Positions 37,673 through 46,854 of a stretch of 55,170 nucleotides of DNA are shown one piece after another; position 1 is the first letter of the stretch, and each line of letters begins with the position of its first letter. Position numbers and translations under genes: made by a program. The notes below the pieces were generated by a model. The model had not been told where the DNA came from and ran no database searches. It saw nothing but the letters and a program-made list of their open reading frames with translations. Origin of the DNA: a virus; the IMG/VR virus record IMGVR_UViG_3300045988_134649; one strand, 5' to 3'.

Positions 37673-40185
37673 ACGGCATCATTCATTAAGTCGAACAATG
37701 TGGGTGCGCTGACCTCCATCTCTGCCTCATACAGATATGAAAGACTATCTTTCCAGTAGTCGTAATTGAGTTCGGTTGACAGACCTTTCCTCCCCAGATT
37801 GATAGCGCAATAGGGAACGGTGCCGATACCTCCGAACGGGTCAAACACCAGTTCACCCCTGTTTGAATACCGTTCAATCAATCTTTCGACAATATCCAAC
37901 TGAAGGGGACAAATATGATTCTGCCGTTTCTTCTGCGACTGCTTGGTATTGAGCGTGCGCATCCGGGTGACATCATCCCATATCCAGGGCTTCTTGCTTA
38001 CCGGGTCAACGGCCATGAATGTCTTTGGCAGTTTTCCGTATGCCTCCAGCTCTTCGGCGAATGATACGTGTTCCTCATAATCATAGACGTGCCCACGCTC
38101 GTAGTTCCTGAATAGGTGGCGTATCTTATCTATTCCGGCTCCTTTCATGTCCTCATAGCTCAATAGAGAGTTACCAGAAGATTTCCAACTTGCATGGGCA
38201 TCTATCTGCCAACGGGCCAACGAATATTCGCTTTTGTTCTTGGTCACCGGCAAATCAGCATAGGCCCGTGAGGTGTCGGAAGGCAACTTGCGGAAAAGAA
38301 GGACATACTCAGGACAACCGATACCCATCTTTGAACCGTCCTTGCACATCTCCGTATATCCAAGCCGATAAGTCTGGTTGTTCTCCCTTACCACATCCGT
38401 ATCCACCGTGATGCGCCCCATGTAGCGGAAACCGTGTTTCATGTAGTGGAATACAGTCATTTCACTGAACGGGTCGATGGTGGGCATACCGTCACCAGTG
38501 GCGTTGCCGAACAAAACACGGTCTTTCACATGGATGCAAGCTAACCTACCGGGTTTAAGAATACGCATAAGCTCCGGTGTAAGATAATCCATCTGCTCGA
38601 AGAACTTGCCGTTGTCCTCATTATGCCCGAAGTCATTATAGGTCGGAGTGTACTCATAGTGGTTGGAGAACGGGATGCTGGTTACAATCAAGTCCACCGA
38701 ATTACTTTCCATAGTCTGACATTCAAGAACATTGTCGTTATTTATGGGCCTCCAAAGTTTACCGGACTTTTCTTCCCGGCTGGCGAACATCCACCGCATC
38801 ATCTTTTCCTCTGCCTGTAAACCGAACAAACCGTTCTCGCGGACTATATCGGTCATCTTGGCTACCATCTCCCGATGTTGCGCCCACTTCTGCATGAATG
38901 ATTTGAATATTTCACCTTCGCTTTCGGCATACACCAAGTAAAGGTCTACGGGATGCTGCTGCATGAAACGGTAGATACGGGCTATCGCCTGGAACTTGTC
39001 GTTAAAACGGTAGTCGATGAACATGATTGCCTTATGGCAGTGGTACTGGAAGTTCAAACCTTCACCAAGCATCTCCGGTTTGGCAGCCAGATATTTCAGA
39101 CGGCCGTCCTTAAAGTCCGCTATTACTCTGTCGGCTTCCTCATCATCCTGCGAGCCGTACACAGCCTTACATCCGGGTATGGCATCACACAAAGCCTTCC
39201 GTTCATTCTCCAGGTCATGCCATAAAAGGAAATGGTCGTCTTTGTTTTCAGGACGGTTAATGATTTCCACCACACGGGCAATCTTTTCCTGCATGTTGTC
39301 CCGACGTTCTTTCGCTGCGTCGGCAAGTCCGAGAGCAGCCTCACGGAACATCTTCACTTGTCCGTCACGGTCGGTTCCGGCAGTGGAGTTGTCAACACTA
39401 ACCACTTCTTCATGTACACGTAGTTCCGGCAATTCATATCCGGTATCGGGATAACCAAGGTCGGACGGTTTGGTGAGGAACAACGCCCATGTACTTACCC
39501 ACAACCAGAACTCCTTCTCCTTGTGCGGATAAAGGGTAAGGTTATTTGCCTTCGTGCTGTCACGCTGAAAGAAACGGGTAAGCGCCTGCCCGGTATCCAT
39601 CACACCGAGATAACCGGCATAATGTATCAGCTCCTTGTATCTGTTGGGCGATGGCGTGGCGGTGGCTACAAAGCGGTAGGGAACATCCGCAAACAAGGGA
39701 AGGAACTCCTGGTAGGTCTTGGTACCGAAACCACGTAATACGCTCGCTTCATCCAATGATGTTGCGGTGAAGTAGGAAGGTTCTATTCTTACACCATCTT
39801 CACCGTCGCGCACACGCTCGTAGTTCGTAACCATGATGTCAGTCGGGCATATCATCACATCAGCCATAGTTCGTACATAGGTCACTTTCATGTGCAGATG
39901 TTGTTCCGCTTGTGTAAGGAACTCAACCACTACACGTTTGGGACAAACTATCAGCCCTTTGCCGCCTTTGTGTTTCAGGACTACCCGAAGTATCTCCAAC
40001 TGAGTTACGGTTTTCTGCATACCGAAACTGGAGAATATCGCACGGCAACCGCCGGACACCGCCCAACGAACGGTATCTTTCACATGAGGATATAACGATG
40101 GGGTTAAATCATCCTGATTGACCTCGAACCCGGTCTGATGACTGATGGCCATCTTGTCTTTCAGAAATTCTATATATTCTTTCAT
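37669..40185 (-). CDS. SF2 helicase-like / DNA methyltransferase fusion protein (838 aa)
   Basis: N-terminal half: LIVCPKRVV, LDEASVLR (motif II DEAS), FVATATPSPN (motif III). C-terminal half: DLIVTSIPFS (motif IV, S-x-P-F) upstream of ELVFDPFGGIGT (motif I). That order indicates a beta-class N6A/N4C methyltransferase. Confidence 0.75.
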   Translation of the reverse strand: MKEYIEFLKDKMAISHQTGFEVNQDDLTPSLYPHVKDTVRWAVSGGCRAIFSSFGMQKTVTQLEILRVVLKHKGGKGLIVCPKRVVVEFLTQAEQHLHMKVTYVRTMADVMICPTDIMVTNYERVRDGEDGVRIEPSYFTATSLDEASVLRGFGTKTYQEFLPLFADVPYRFVATATPSPNRYKELIHYAGYLGVMDTGQALTRFFQRDSTKANNLTLYPHKEKEFWLWVSTWALFLTKPSDLGYPDTGYELPELRVHEEVVSVDNSTAGTDRDGQVKMFREAALGLADAAKERRDNMQEKIARVVEIINRPENKDDHFLLWHDLENERKALCDAIPGCKAVYGSQDDEEADRVIADFKDGRLKYLAAKPEMLGEGLNFQYHCHKAIMFIDYRFNDKFQAIARIYRFMQQHPVDLYLVYAESEGEIFKSFMQKWAQHREMVAKMTDIVRENGLFGLQAEEKMMRWMFASREEKSGKLWRPINNDNVLECQTMESNSVDLIVTSIPFSNHYEYTPTYNDFGHNEDNGKFFEQMDYLTPELMRILKPGRLACIHVKDRVLFGNATGDGMPTIDPFSEMTVFHYMKHGFRYMGRITVDTDVVRENNQTYRLGYTEMCKDGSKMGIGCPEYVLLFRKLPSDTSRAYADLPVTKNKSEYSLARWQIDAHASWKSSGNSLLSYEDMKGAGIDKIRHLFRNYERGHVYDYEEHVSFAEELEAYGKLPKTFMAVDPVSKKPWIWDDVTRMRTLNTKQSQKKRQNHICPLQLDIVERLIERYSNRGELVFDPFGGIGTVPYCAINLGRKGLSTELNYDYWKDSLSYLYEAEMEVSAPTLFDLMNDAV

Positions 40186-41510
40186 GCTGTCATTCGTTGT
40201 TTAATTAGATTTATATTCTTCTCCACAAGACCAATGATACGATTGTGATAAGGCGAAACACCATTGCATACCGCCCTTGACTGCTCTACTTTCAAAGTTT
40301 TCAAATTCAGTTCCACAGTCTCGATGCGTTTCCCTTCGGTGTCCTTTGCAGAAAGTATCAGAGAATCCGGCCTCTTGTAATAGCCATTGTCATATACGCA
40401 ATGGTGCATTACCGCACCTTCTTCCGCTATCTCGGCAACACTGCTTATCACCGTCACCATTATCTCACCGTCACCGAAGCACACACCGAAAAACTTCCCT
40501 TTGTCTTTCTTGTACACTTCTTCCCACTTGGCTGCCTCCTTGTACTTTTCCTCCAAACTCCGCTTCGCTTTCACCTTGCGTTTACGCTCCATCATCTTGT
40601 CGTGTGCTTCCATAAGGTTAGGCGGACAAACATATTTAGCGTTATGGGTGTCGAGGTTAAAGTATGCCAATGCTTCCAGATAGTCGAACCATAGGGAAGC
40701 ATCCTGAACGATGTAATGATTCCGGTTGCAGATGTTAAGGGCATGCCGGAAAGGTATCTCGTAGTTATCCTTACGCAACATGTATTCAAAAACGGACAAC
40801 TGCCCGGTCTTTACCAAAGTCTCGGCTAAGGGGTTGGTAAGCAGCTGGCAAATAGTATCCACAACAGAAACCCGTGCCATCTTCAATAATCGCCCCATCC
40901 AACCGTTGCGCCGGAGCAAGGGAGTGACTGATGCACGCGGATAGAGAAAATTTCCCGTCACATCAAAGACATCGTTCATCTCGTAATACCCGGAAGCACT
41001 TCCGTTGTGCTGCTTAACATCTGTCTTGCTATCGTAATCCCAACTGAAATGAAACGGGCTACGGGTGTATTTCTTCCCGGTTATTACTTCCTTGCCGCCA
41101 TCCGTTATCCAATTCTGGAATACCTCATGGATGTACATACGGGTATCGCAACCATACACATTATCACGCAGCACATCGAATGTCCGTACTACCATCATGC
41201 CATGGAAGGATTGCACTACCGAATAGAGCTTTTCTTCGGAATTGGCCTTCCTGCTATGTCTGTGTTCCAAATTCAATGATTTCCCGCAGTTCGGGCAATA
41301 ATGGGTTTCCATCTCCAGAGATACTGCCAGCATAGGCTTGCTCACACGGTCGATATACCCACAGCACTGGCACCACACCTCACCTTTCTTCAAATAGTAG
41401 CCTATTTTTGGAAACAGAGAAATGGCATATCTCCGTTGCGCATCCGTCAATGGCGGCAACTTGCCTGCCAATGCCATTGCGTGCTTCTCTAATTTCGTCC
41501 TCGGTTTCAT
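40182..41510 (-). CDS. PcfJ-like protein
   Basis: C-terminal EGAVMHHCVYDNGYYKRPDSLILSAKD...RIETVELNLKTLKVEQSRAVCN resembles the PcfJ signature. N-terminal Zn-ribbon-like CQCCG...CPNCG. Confidence 0.6.
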   Translation of the reverse strand: MKPRTKLEKHAMALAGKLPPLTDAQRRYAISLFPKIGYYLKKGEVWCQCCGYIDRVSKPMLAVSLEMETHYCPNCGKSLNLEHRHSRKANSEEKLYSVVQSFHGMMVVRTFDVLRDNVYGCDTRMYIHEVFQNWITDGGKEVITGKKYTRSPFHFSWDYDSKTDVKQHNGSASGYYEMNDVFDVTGNFLYPRASVTPLLRRNGWMGRLLKMARVSVVDTICQLLTNPLAETLVKTGQLSVFEYMLRKDNYEIPFRHALNICNRNHYIVQDASLWFDYLEALAYFNLDTHNAKYVCPPNLMEAHDKMMERKRKVKAKRSLEEKYKEAAKWEEVYKKDKGKFFGVCFGDGEIMVTVISSVAEIAEEGAVMHHCVYDNGYYKRPDSLILSAKDTEGKRIETVELNLKTLKVEQSRAVCNGVSPYHNRIIGLVEKNINLIKQRMTA

Positions 41511-41917
41511 TGTCCTATCAATGGTTTACACAGTTCAACAACTCTCTTGCAATCTTCCATATCGAACATACCAATATGACAAACTTCATGTGGTATTCCT
41601 AATTGAATAGATAACCACAAATAAGCTTTATTCCTATTTGAAGTGTTGGGGATATGTTTCTTCCAAATTTTATTGATAAGATTGGTCTTAGCTATTTGGT
41701 CAAAATAGAAGTGGGCTTCTTTCTTGGCTTCCCTTAGTTCTGTATTTGCCAGTCGTCCTAACGCTCGGTCTGTACCCTTATGCACACCGACATAAGCCAT
41801 ACAATCCCAGCATAGATATATCATCCCGTAAGAACGTCCATAAATAACAGAACTATCCACATATTCGGTACGATTACCACAATAAGGGCAAATCTTACCA
41901 GACAGAATACCATCCAT
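41507..41917 (-). CDS. Zn-finger protein (DUF3268-like)
   Basis: CPYCGNRTEY...CWDCMAYVGVHKGT...LREAKKEAHFYFD. Family assignment is from memory. Confidence 0.45.
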   Translation of the reverse strand: MDGILSGKICPYCGNRTEYVDSSVIYGRSYGMIYLCWDCMAYVGVHKGTDRALGRLANTELREAKKEAHFYFDQIAKTNLINKIWKKHIPNTSNRNKAYLWLSIQLGIPHEVCHIGMFDMEDCKRVVELCKPLIGQ

Positions 41918-41920
41918 AAT

Positions 41921-42337
41921 TTAGAACAATGACATCTGTTGTACTTCAGTTGCTCCTTTCCTTACCCGTGACGTTTTTTTCCTAAGCGATACATATTGCT
42001 CTTCGGTCAAACGTTTTATCGCCGCTTCACGAGCCGCTTTCTTCTCCTCTTCCGTCAGTTCTACGGGTTGAAATGTGGAGATGGATGCACGGGTTCCAGC
42101 AGGCATCTTGCTCACTTTGATGTCATCCTCATCGTAATAGTGGATAGCCATCCCGAATACCTCCTCGTCTGTCATGGCCACGGCAGAGCCCCGTTTCCGT
42201 GCCTCTCCCATGATGTAGGAACAGCACTCATCCAAATTCTTGTTTTCTTTTGCGTAGGACTTGGCGAACAGTTCGTCAGTCCTAGCACGTCCGTCAAGAT
42301 GATTCTTGATTACGTCCTTGAAAGTTTTGTTTTCCAT
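41921..42337 (-). CDS. PcfK-like protein (family reported to include the anti-CRISPR AcrIIA9)
   Basis: CCSYIMGEARKRGSAVAMTDEEVFGMAIHYYDEDD resembles the PcfK-like core. Adjacent to the PcfJ-like gene, as in conjugative elements. Confidence 0.5.
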   Translation of the reverse strand: MENKTFKDVIKNHLDGRARTDELFAKSYAKENKNLDECCSYIMGEARKRGSAVAMTDEEVFGMAIHYYDEDDIKVSKMPAGTRASISTFQPVELTEEEKKAAREAAIKRLTEEQYVSLRKKTSRVRKGATEVQQMSLF

Positions 42338-42451
42338 AATTGCGTTACAAATAACTCCTTAAACAATAGTCCGCTATCCAGTAGCAGACAAAATAAAAAG
42401 CGGCATATACTGCCAGGATTGACAGAATAGTCGCTATCAGTTTGGTCTCTT

Positions 42452-43084
42452 TCATTTCAAATTCAGTTTTGCCCGTAAGTCGTCGGGCGGTTGGTGATTC
42501 CGTTTTACCGGAGCTTGTTGTTCCTCCAAAGCTTGGTTATTGCGTCGACGAATGATAATATCCAGTTCATCTGACCGTTCCCGAAGAAATTTCCGAAATG
42601 CTTCGCCAACGGTTATCGTATCGAAATAACCATAGAACTTACCATACCTTCCCAGCTTGAACCGTGCGACAAACAATATGAACTCCGTCAGTTTGATGTA
42701 GTGATACTGGCTAACGAACAGCCCAGAGAACTCATTCAAGGCATTTTCATCGGCCCCCTCCTTCGTGGAAGAAGCAAAATCAATGGTCAGTAACTGCGTC
42801 TTTACCCACAGAGACGAGGAACCATATCCGTACATCCGTTCAAGGTCTGACAGCGTGGGAGACTTCTCGCTGTACGCTTTCTCGGTATCTGCAAGAAGCA
42901 TAGGCTGAAGAGACGTTGAATATGCGGCAGAAGCCTTGCTAAAGGTCGGGTATTTCTCCTTGATGGCTGATAGCATTACTTCCCTGCTCGATGGCTGCAT
43001 ATTCGTCAAGGAGGTTTCTTGCCTTTGCTGTTTTATCAGCATCCCGACTGTTTTGTCTTTGGGCTTGATTTTCTGTTTTTCCAT
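42452..43084 (-). CDS. Hypothetical replication-module protein (start uncertain)
   Basis: The maximal ORF overlaps 42939..43727 by 146 nt. Internal Met codons at 43042, 43000, 42976 and 42901 are alternative starts. Confidence 0.45.
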   Translation of the reverse strand: MEKQKIKPKDKTVGMLIKQQRQETSLTNMQPSSREVMLSAIKEKYPTFSKASAAYSTSLQPMLLADTEKAYSEKSPTLSDLERMYGYGSSSLWVKTQLLTIDFASSTKEGADENALNEFSGLFVSQYHYIKLTEFILFVARFKLGRYGKFYGYFDTITVGEAFRKFLRERSDELDIIIRRRNNQALEEQQAPVKRNHQPPDDLRAKLNLK

Positions 43085-43727
43085 TGTCCTGCTGTTTTTT
43101 CTCGATTATCCAAAGATTGGCCCGACTGTCCCAACGTTCCACCTTGGCACCAGTAGCAGTTTTCCAACCGAGACCGGAGAAATGGTTGTAGAAAATATCC
43201 GCTTGCATCTCCCAGTCCGACAGTTTGTCACGAAAATACTCTTTCACCTCTTCGGCGGTCGGTGGTATAAACTCCACTTTAGGCTTAACGGGTTTCTTTG
43301 TCGGTGGTAGGTCGGGCGGGAATAACTCGCCAGAGTTATCTTCCCCTATACTCTTAGTCTTATTCTTAGTCTTATATAAAGGGTTACCATTTTGGTTACC
43401 GTTTTGGTTACCACTTTGGTTACCGTTTTGGTTACTACTTTGGTTACCTACAGAAACCAAAATGTAAGACGCTGCCTTTTCTCTCCTATTGCCTTCAATG
43501 AATTCAATCAGCCCCTTTTGCTTCAATCGGTTGCGCAAATCAATTATAGTCTTGTTACTATAACCTAATTCGGCTTGGATTAGACGTGTTGGTAATTCAA
43601 ATGGGCAAAGCCAGTTCCGGATATTGCATTCTTTCAATAGAAAAAAGTAAAAGTCTGCTTCATATGCCGTCATCGGCTTATATCGTCGAATTTGCCAAAA
43701 CTGATTGATATAATCTATATAGGTCAT
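42939..43727 (-). CDS. Putative replication initiator/organiser (winged-HTH N-terminus, iteron-containing gene)
   Basis: wHTH-like LIQAELGYSNKTIIDLRNRLKQKGLIEF. Central NQNGNQSGNQNGNQNGN linker encoded by 12-bp tandem repeats. Position is upstream of the VRR-NUC/helicase genes. Confidence 0.5.
   Translation of the reverse strand: MTYIDYINQFWQIRRYKPMTAYEADFYFFLLKECNIRNWLCPFELPTRLIQAELGYSNKTIIDLRNRLKQKGLIEFIEGNRREKAASYILVSVGNQSSNQNGNQSGNQNGNQNGNPLYKTKNKTKSIGEDNSGELFPPDLPPTKKPVKPKVEFIPPTAEEVKEYFRDKLSDWEMQADIFYNHFSGLGWKTATGAKVERWDSRANLWIIEKKQQDNGKTENQAQRQNSRDADKTAKARNLLDEYAAIEQGSNAISHQGEIPDL
43383..43448. repeat. Tandem 12-bp repeats GTTACCnnTTTG x5.5 (iteron / origin candidate)
   Basis: gttaccattttg gttaccgttttg gttaccactttg gttaccgttttg gttactactttg gttacc, read directly from the sequence. 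Confidence 0.85.
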
Positions 43728-44089
43728 AATAGGTAAGAATTGACTTCATTCATAAACTCAGTAAGAGAATGGCATACCACATATTTATTTCGGAACTTTT
43801 CAGCCTCTCTCTGCCATCTTATCTGCTCCTCGCTTTGTTTCCCTTTCGGTCTCTTCATTTCGATGCAAAGAGCGGAAAATCCTTTCTTAGGTACAAGCAG
43901 TATCAAATCGGAAACACCCCTTACACTTCCCTCGTACTTCATTTGTGCTCCAGTCCTGGCATCACGCTTTCCTCCGTTGGGAACGGCGAACAACATAAGA
44001 CTCAAAGACGGGTATTGAATCCGGAACCAAGTCAGACAGCTATGCTGTATCTGACTTTCCGATTGCGGTGTAGTCTGTCTTTTTCTCAT
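43724..44089 (-). CDS. VRR-NUC domain nuclease
   Basis: GVSDLILLVP...ALCIEMKRPKGK (D...E-x-K) and the overall 121-aa size. Confidence 0.75.
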   Translation of the reverse strand: MRKRQTTPQSESQIQHSCLTWFRIQYPSLSLMLFAVPNGGKRDARTGAQMKYEGSVRGVSDLILLVPKKGFSALCIEMKRPKGKQSEEQIRWQREAEKFRNKYVVCHSLTEFMNEVNSYLL

Positions 44090-45774
44090 AATTTACCTTT
44101 GAATAAGTCCATAGCCATATCTACCACATTCTCCTTAACCACATCGTCCGTTCCGGTGACACCGTTAGCTATGCCTTTCTTCCGTTGGATAACACCATAC
44201 ATGTATTCATCAATGGTATTCCTGCCAAGGAAATAGTAACAGTTGACGTTATTCTTCTGCCCATTACGGTGTGCCCTATCTTCCGCCTGCTCACAGTCAG
44301 AAAAAGTCCATGGGAACTCGATGAAGGCTACACGGCTGGAAGCAGTCAAGGTGAGCCCGGTACCGCCCGATTTGTAGTTAAGGATAATCAACGTACAATC
44401 CGGATTGTTCTGGAAAGCATCCACAGCCATCTGCTTCTGGGCAGCATTATCCTCGCCGGTAACAGTCACTGCTTTCGGAAACATATTCTTCAGCTCCATT
44501 ACCACTTCTTTCAGGTAGGCAAAGACAATCAGCTTTTCCCCACCGTCTATCACGTCATGTATGAATTCGGCAGCCGCCTTGATTTTTCCACGCGCAGAAA
44601 TGGCTTTCAATATTCCCATGCGTACCATCACCTCGCCCCTCATGGACTTGGCTATCTTCTCATCATCCGCATTCTTGTAGACACGCAGATATTGTATGAG
44701 GTCGTTTTCCGCTTTTTCATACTCAAGCCGTGTGGTGATATCCATCTCAATATACTGCCTCGTCTTGTCCGGAAGCTGGGTCAATACCTTGGCTTTTTCA
44801 CGCCGGAAGAAGCAGGTATTCCAAAGGCGCCAGTTCAGTTCTTTCAGATTGGAGGCTTTCTTCGGCCCATTACAGAAACGTTCGGTGAATGTCCTATACC
44901 CTCCGAAATCCTCCAACCGTCCCATTATCTTAAGTTGCTGTATAAGGTCAGTATTATCGTTTACTACCGGTGTTCCCGTCAGTTCAAGAATGAAATCCTT
45001 GCCCTTACAGATGCCCTCAACAAACTTACTCTGTTGGGTCTTGGTAGACTTGCACTTATGCGACTCGTCAATGATTACAGACTTGAAAAGGGTTATACGT
45101 GGGTCAAAGGTGATTGATTTCAGCGTAAACCGCGTATCATTCTTCACATCCAATACAAAGAACTTTTTCAGGCTCTCGTAGTTAGTGATGAAGATGTCAC
45201 AACACTTGGTTTCAATGAAGCGCTGCCAAGTATTTTTGTTCTTATCATCAAGGATTAGCGCCTGCTTTCCAGCAAATTTCTTGAACTCACGCTGCCAATT
45301 TATTTTAAGTGCTGCCGGACATACAACAAGGCACGGATAGGATTTTGCAATCGTCACCGTGCCTATTGCCTGCAAGGTCTTACCGAGTCCCGGCTGGTCA
45401 CCGAAGATACACCGTTTATGGGCCAGAGCATAGGCTATGCCCTCCTTCTGGTAATCGTACGGTTCAAGTAGCAATCCGTGGGGAACGGTCAGCTGCGGCA
45501 TCGGAGCAATGTCAAAACTCATATCGACCTTTCTTTGCTCCGACCGTTGTACGGAACCGCAGAATCCCTGCTGTACCGCCCATTTCGCCATTGTATCAAC
45601 ATACCATTCATCAGCCAAGTCAACCCACCACGCCTTTTCATTGAAAAGATATGCTTTCTTTGCGTTAGCCTTGACTGACGGAATATTGTTCACGCATTTA
45701 ACCAACATCGGATGATACATGAATTTCAGTTTGAAGCCGTCCGGATATTTGGTGATACAAAAAGGTGCTGCCAT
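44086..45774 (-). CDS. SNF2-family helicase
   Basis: DYQKEGIAYAL...GDQPGLGKTLQAI (motif I), VIIDESHKCKS (motif II), LTGTPVVN (III), GGTGLTLT...QAEDRAHRNGQ (V/VI). Confidence 0.9.
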   Translation of the reverse strand: MAAPFCITKYPDGFKLKFMYHPMLVKCVNNIPSVKANAKKAYLFNEKAWWVDLADEWYVDTMAKWAVQQGFCGSVQRSEQRKVDMSFDIAPMPQLTVPHGLLLEPYDYQKEGIAYALAHKRCIFGDQPGLGKTLQAIGTVTIAKSYPCLVVCPAALKINWQREFKKFAGKQALILDDKNKNTWQRFIETKCCDIFITNYESLKKFFVLDVKNDTRFTLKSITFDPRITLFKSVIIDESHKCKSTKTQQSKFVEGICKGKDFILELTGTPVVNDNTDLIQQLKIMGRLEDFGGYRTFTERFCNGPKKASNLKELNWRLWNTCFFRREKAKVLTQLPDKTRQYIEMDITTRLEYEKAENDLIQYLRVYKNADDEKIAKSMRGEVMVRMGILKAISARGKIKAAAEFIHDVIDGGEKLIVFAYLKEVVMELKNMFPKAVTVTGEDNAAQKQMAVDAFQNNPDCTLIILNYKSGGTGLTLTASSRVAFIEFPWTFSDCEQAEDRAHRNGQKNNVNCYYFLGRNTIDEYMYGVIQRKKGIANGVTGTDDVVKENVVDMAMDLFKGKL

Positions 45775-45775
45775 A

Positions 45776-46426
45776 TCAAGCTGCCGGCTCTTTAATCTTC
45801 ACTTTTTTACTTTTGTTTCTCGGCTTCACTTTCTTCCCGTCAATCGTCAGAGTAGTGCCACTCTGTTCCACCACTTGTTTAAGGAACTCATTCGCTTCCT
45901 CTTCAAATGCAGCATCTCCCACCGGGTCGGCTGCAATGTCCGTAGGAATATCCCCATCGAACGGAAGTTCCTGCTGGACTACCGCCCATTTCTTAGCGGT
46001 AAGATACTGTTCCACCTCATAATTACATGCCTCAATTGCCTGCTGCAGTTCGAATGCATGCTTATATTCCTCGTTCTCATTGTTGAACATGGTAAACGGA
46101 GCTATAAGGTTAAGCACCTTCTTACTTTTAAGAAAACGTTTTCCAACCAATACCACACCTTCATTGTCATCCGAACCGCTAACTGTGTAGCCCGTGACCT
46201 CGAATGTAGAGAAGATTTCTTCCGGCAGTTCATCTATGGAGTCCTTTCCATCAGCTTCTTTCTGCTCACAGAGGAAAGCAAGGTGAGGAATCAATTCGTT
46301 AAACGCTGCACGCAAATCCTTATGGATAAGATTCTTTCCCTCAATGGTTACATTGTCCTCATTCTCGTTCTTGAAAGAGGCAACAAGCGTGTTGTCTTTC
46401 GTGATTTTTGCTTTGGTGATATTCAT
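45776..46426 (-). CDS. Hypothetical acidic recombination-module protein
   Basis: 216-aa ORF between the NinB-like and SNF2 genes. Confidence 0.45.
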   Translation of the reverse strand: MNITKAKITKDNTLVASFKNENEDNVTIEGKNLIHKDLRAAFNELIPHLAFLCEQKEADGKDSIDELPEEIFSTFEVTGYTVSGSDDNEGVVLVGKRFLKSKKVLNLIAPFTMFNNENEEYKHAFELQQAIEACNYEVEQYLTAKKWAVVQQELPFDGDIPTDIAADPVGDAAFEEEANEFLKQVVEQSGTTLTIDGKKVKPRNKSKKVKIKEPAA

Positions 46427-46428
46427 TT

Positions 46429-46854
46429 CTACCTCCTGTCTTTATACTCGTTGATAAATTCGTTATAGTAACGGTCAGCCGGAAGAGGGAGCGTTATTCC
46501 CAGTTCGGCAGCAGCATCGGCCTGAACCTTATTTAGAAAGTCAGTCATCTGTACTGTATTGAGTTTCGATGTGCTTCCGGCAATGACCATTTCTTTTCCT
46601 CTGAAATACGAAGTCCTTCTGAGAAAGCGATTACAATAGTAATCGTGTACATCCTGCTTGTCCGTCCCGGTCTCCTGCTCAATACAAGTAAACCACAACC
46701 ACATAAGCGCATTCTGTGACAGCGTCCTTGGCTCTGTGAACCTTTCGATTTTTACACGATACCGACCATTACGAAGCTGGGAACACATGAAGTCAAAAGA
46801 CTTGCTTATGTGTACCTCGCCGTTGACCTTTTCCAGAATTGCTTCTTGTGCCAT
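46429..46854 (-). CDS. NinB-like recombination protein
   Basis: RTLSQNALMWLWFTCIEQ and GSTSKLNTVQMTDFLNKVQ parallel lambda NinB RSLDQNRKLWACLGDV / GQSTSRMRVGEFAELL. Confidence 0.6.
   Translation of the reverse strand: MAQEAILEKVNGEVHISKSFDFMCSQLRNGRYRVKIERFTEPRTLSQNALMWLWFTCIEQETGTDKQDVHDYYCNRFLRRTSYFRGKEMVIAGSTSKLNTVQMTDFLNKVQADAAAELGITLPLPADRYYNEFINEYKDRR

Noticed and set aside
43383-43448. A CRISPR-like array.
   Set aside because: These are 12-bp units in direct tandem with no spacers, and they lie inside an ORF. I treat them as iteron or low-complexity repeats instead. No CRISPR-like repeat-spacer pattern was seen elsewhere in the window.
44185-46468. + strand ORFs of 310, 161, 111 and 249 aa antisense to the SNF2 helicase and the 216-aa gene.
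   Set aside because: The minus-strand ORF contains the full ordered set of SNF2 motifs. The antisense ORFs have no motifs and have odd composition.
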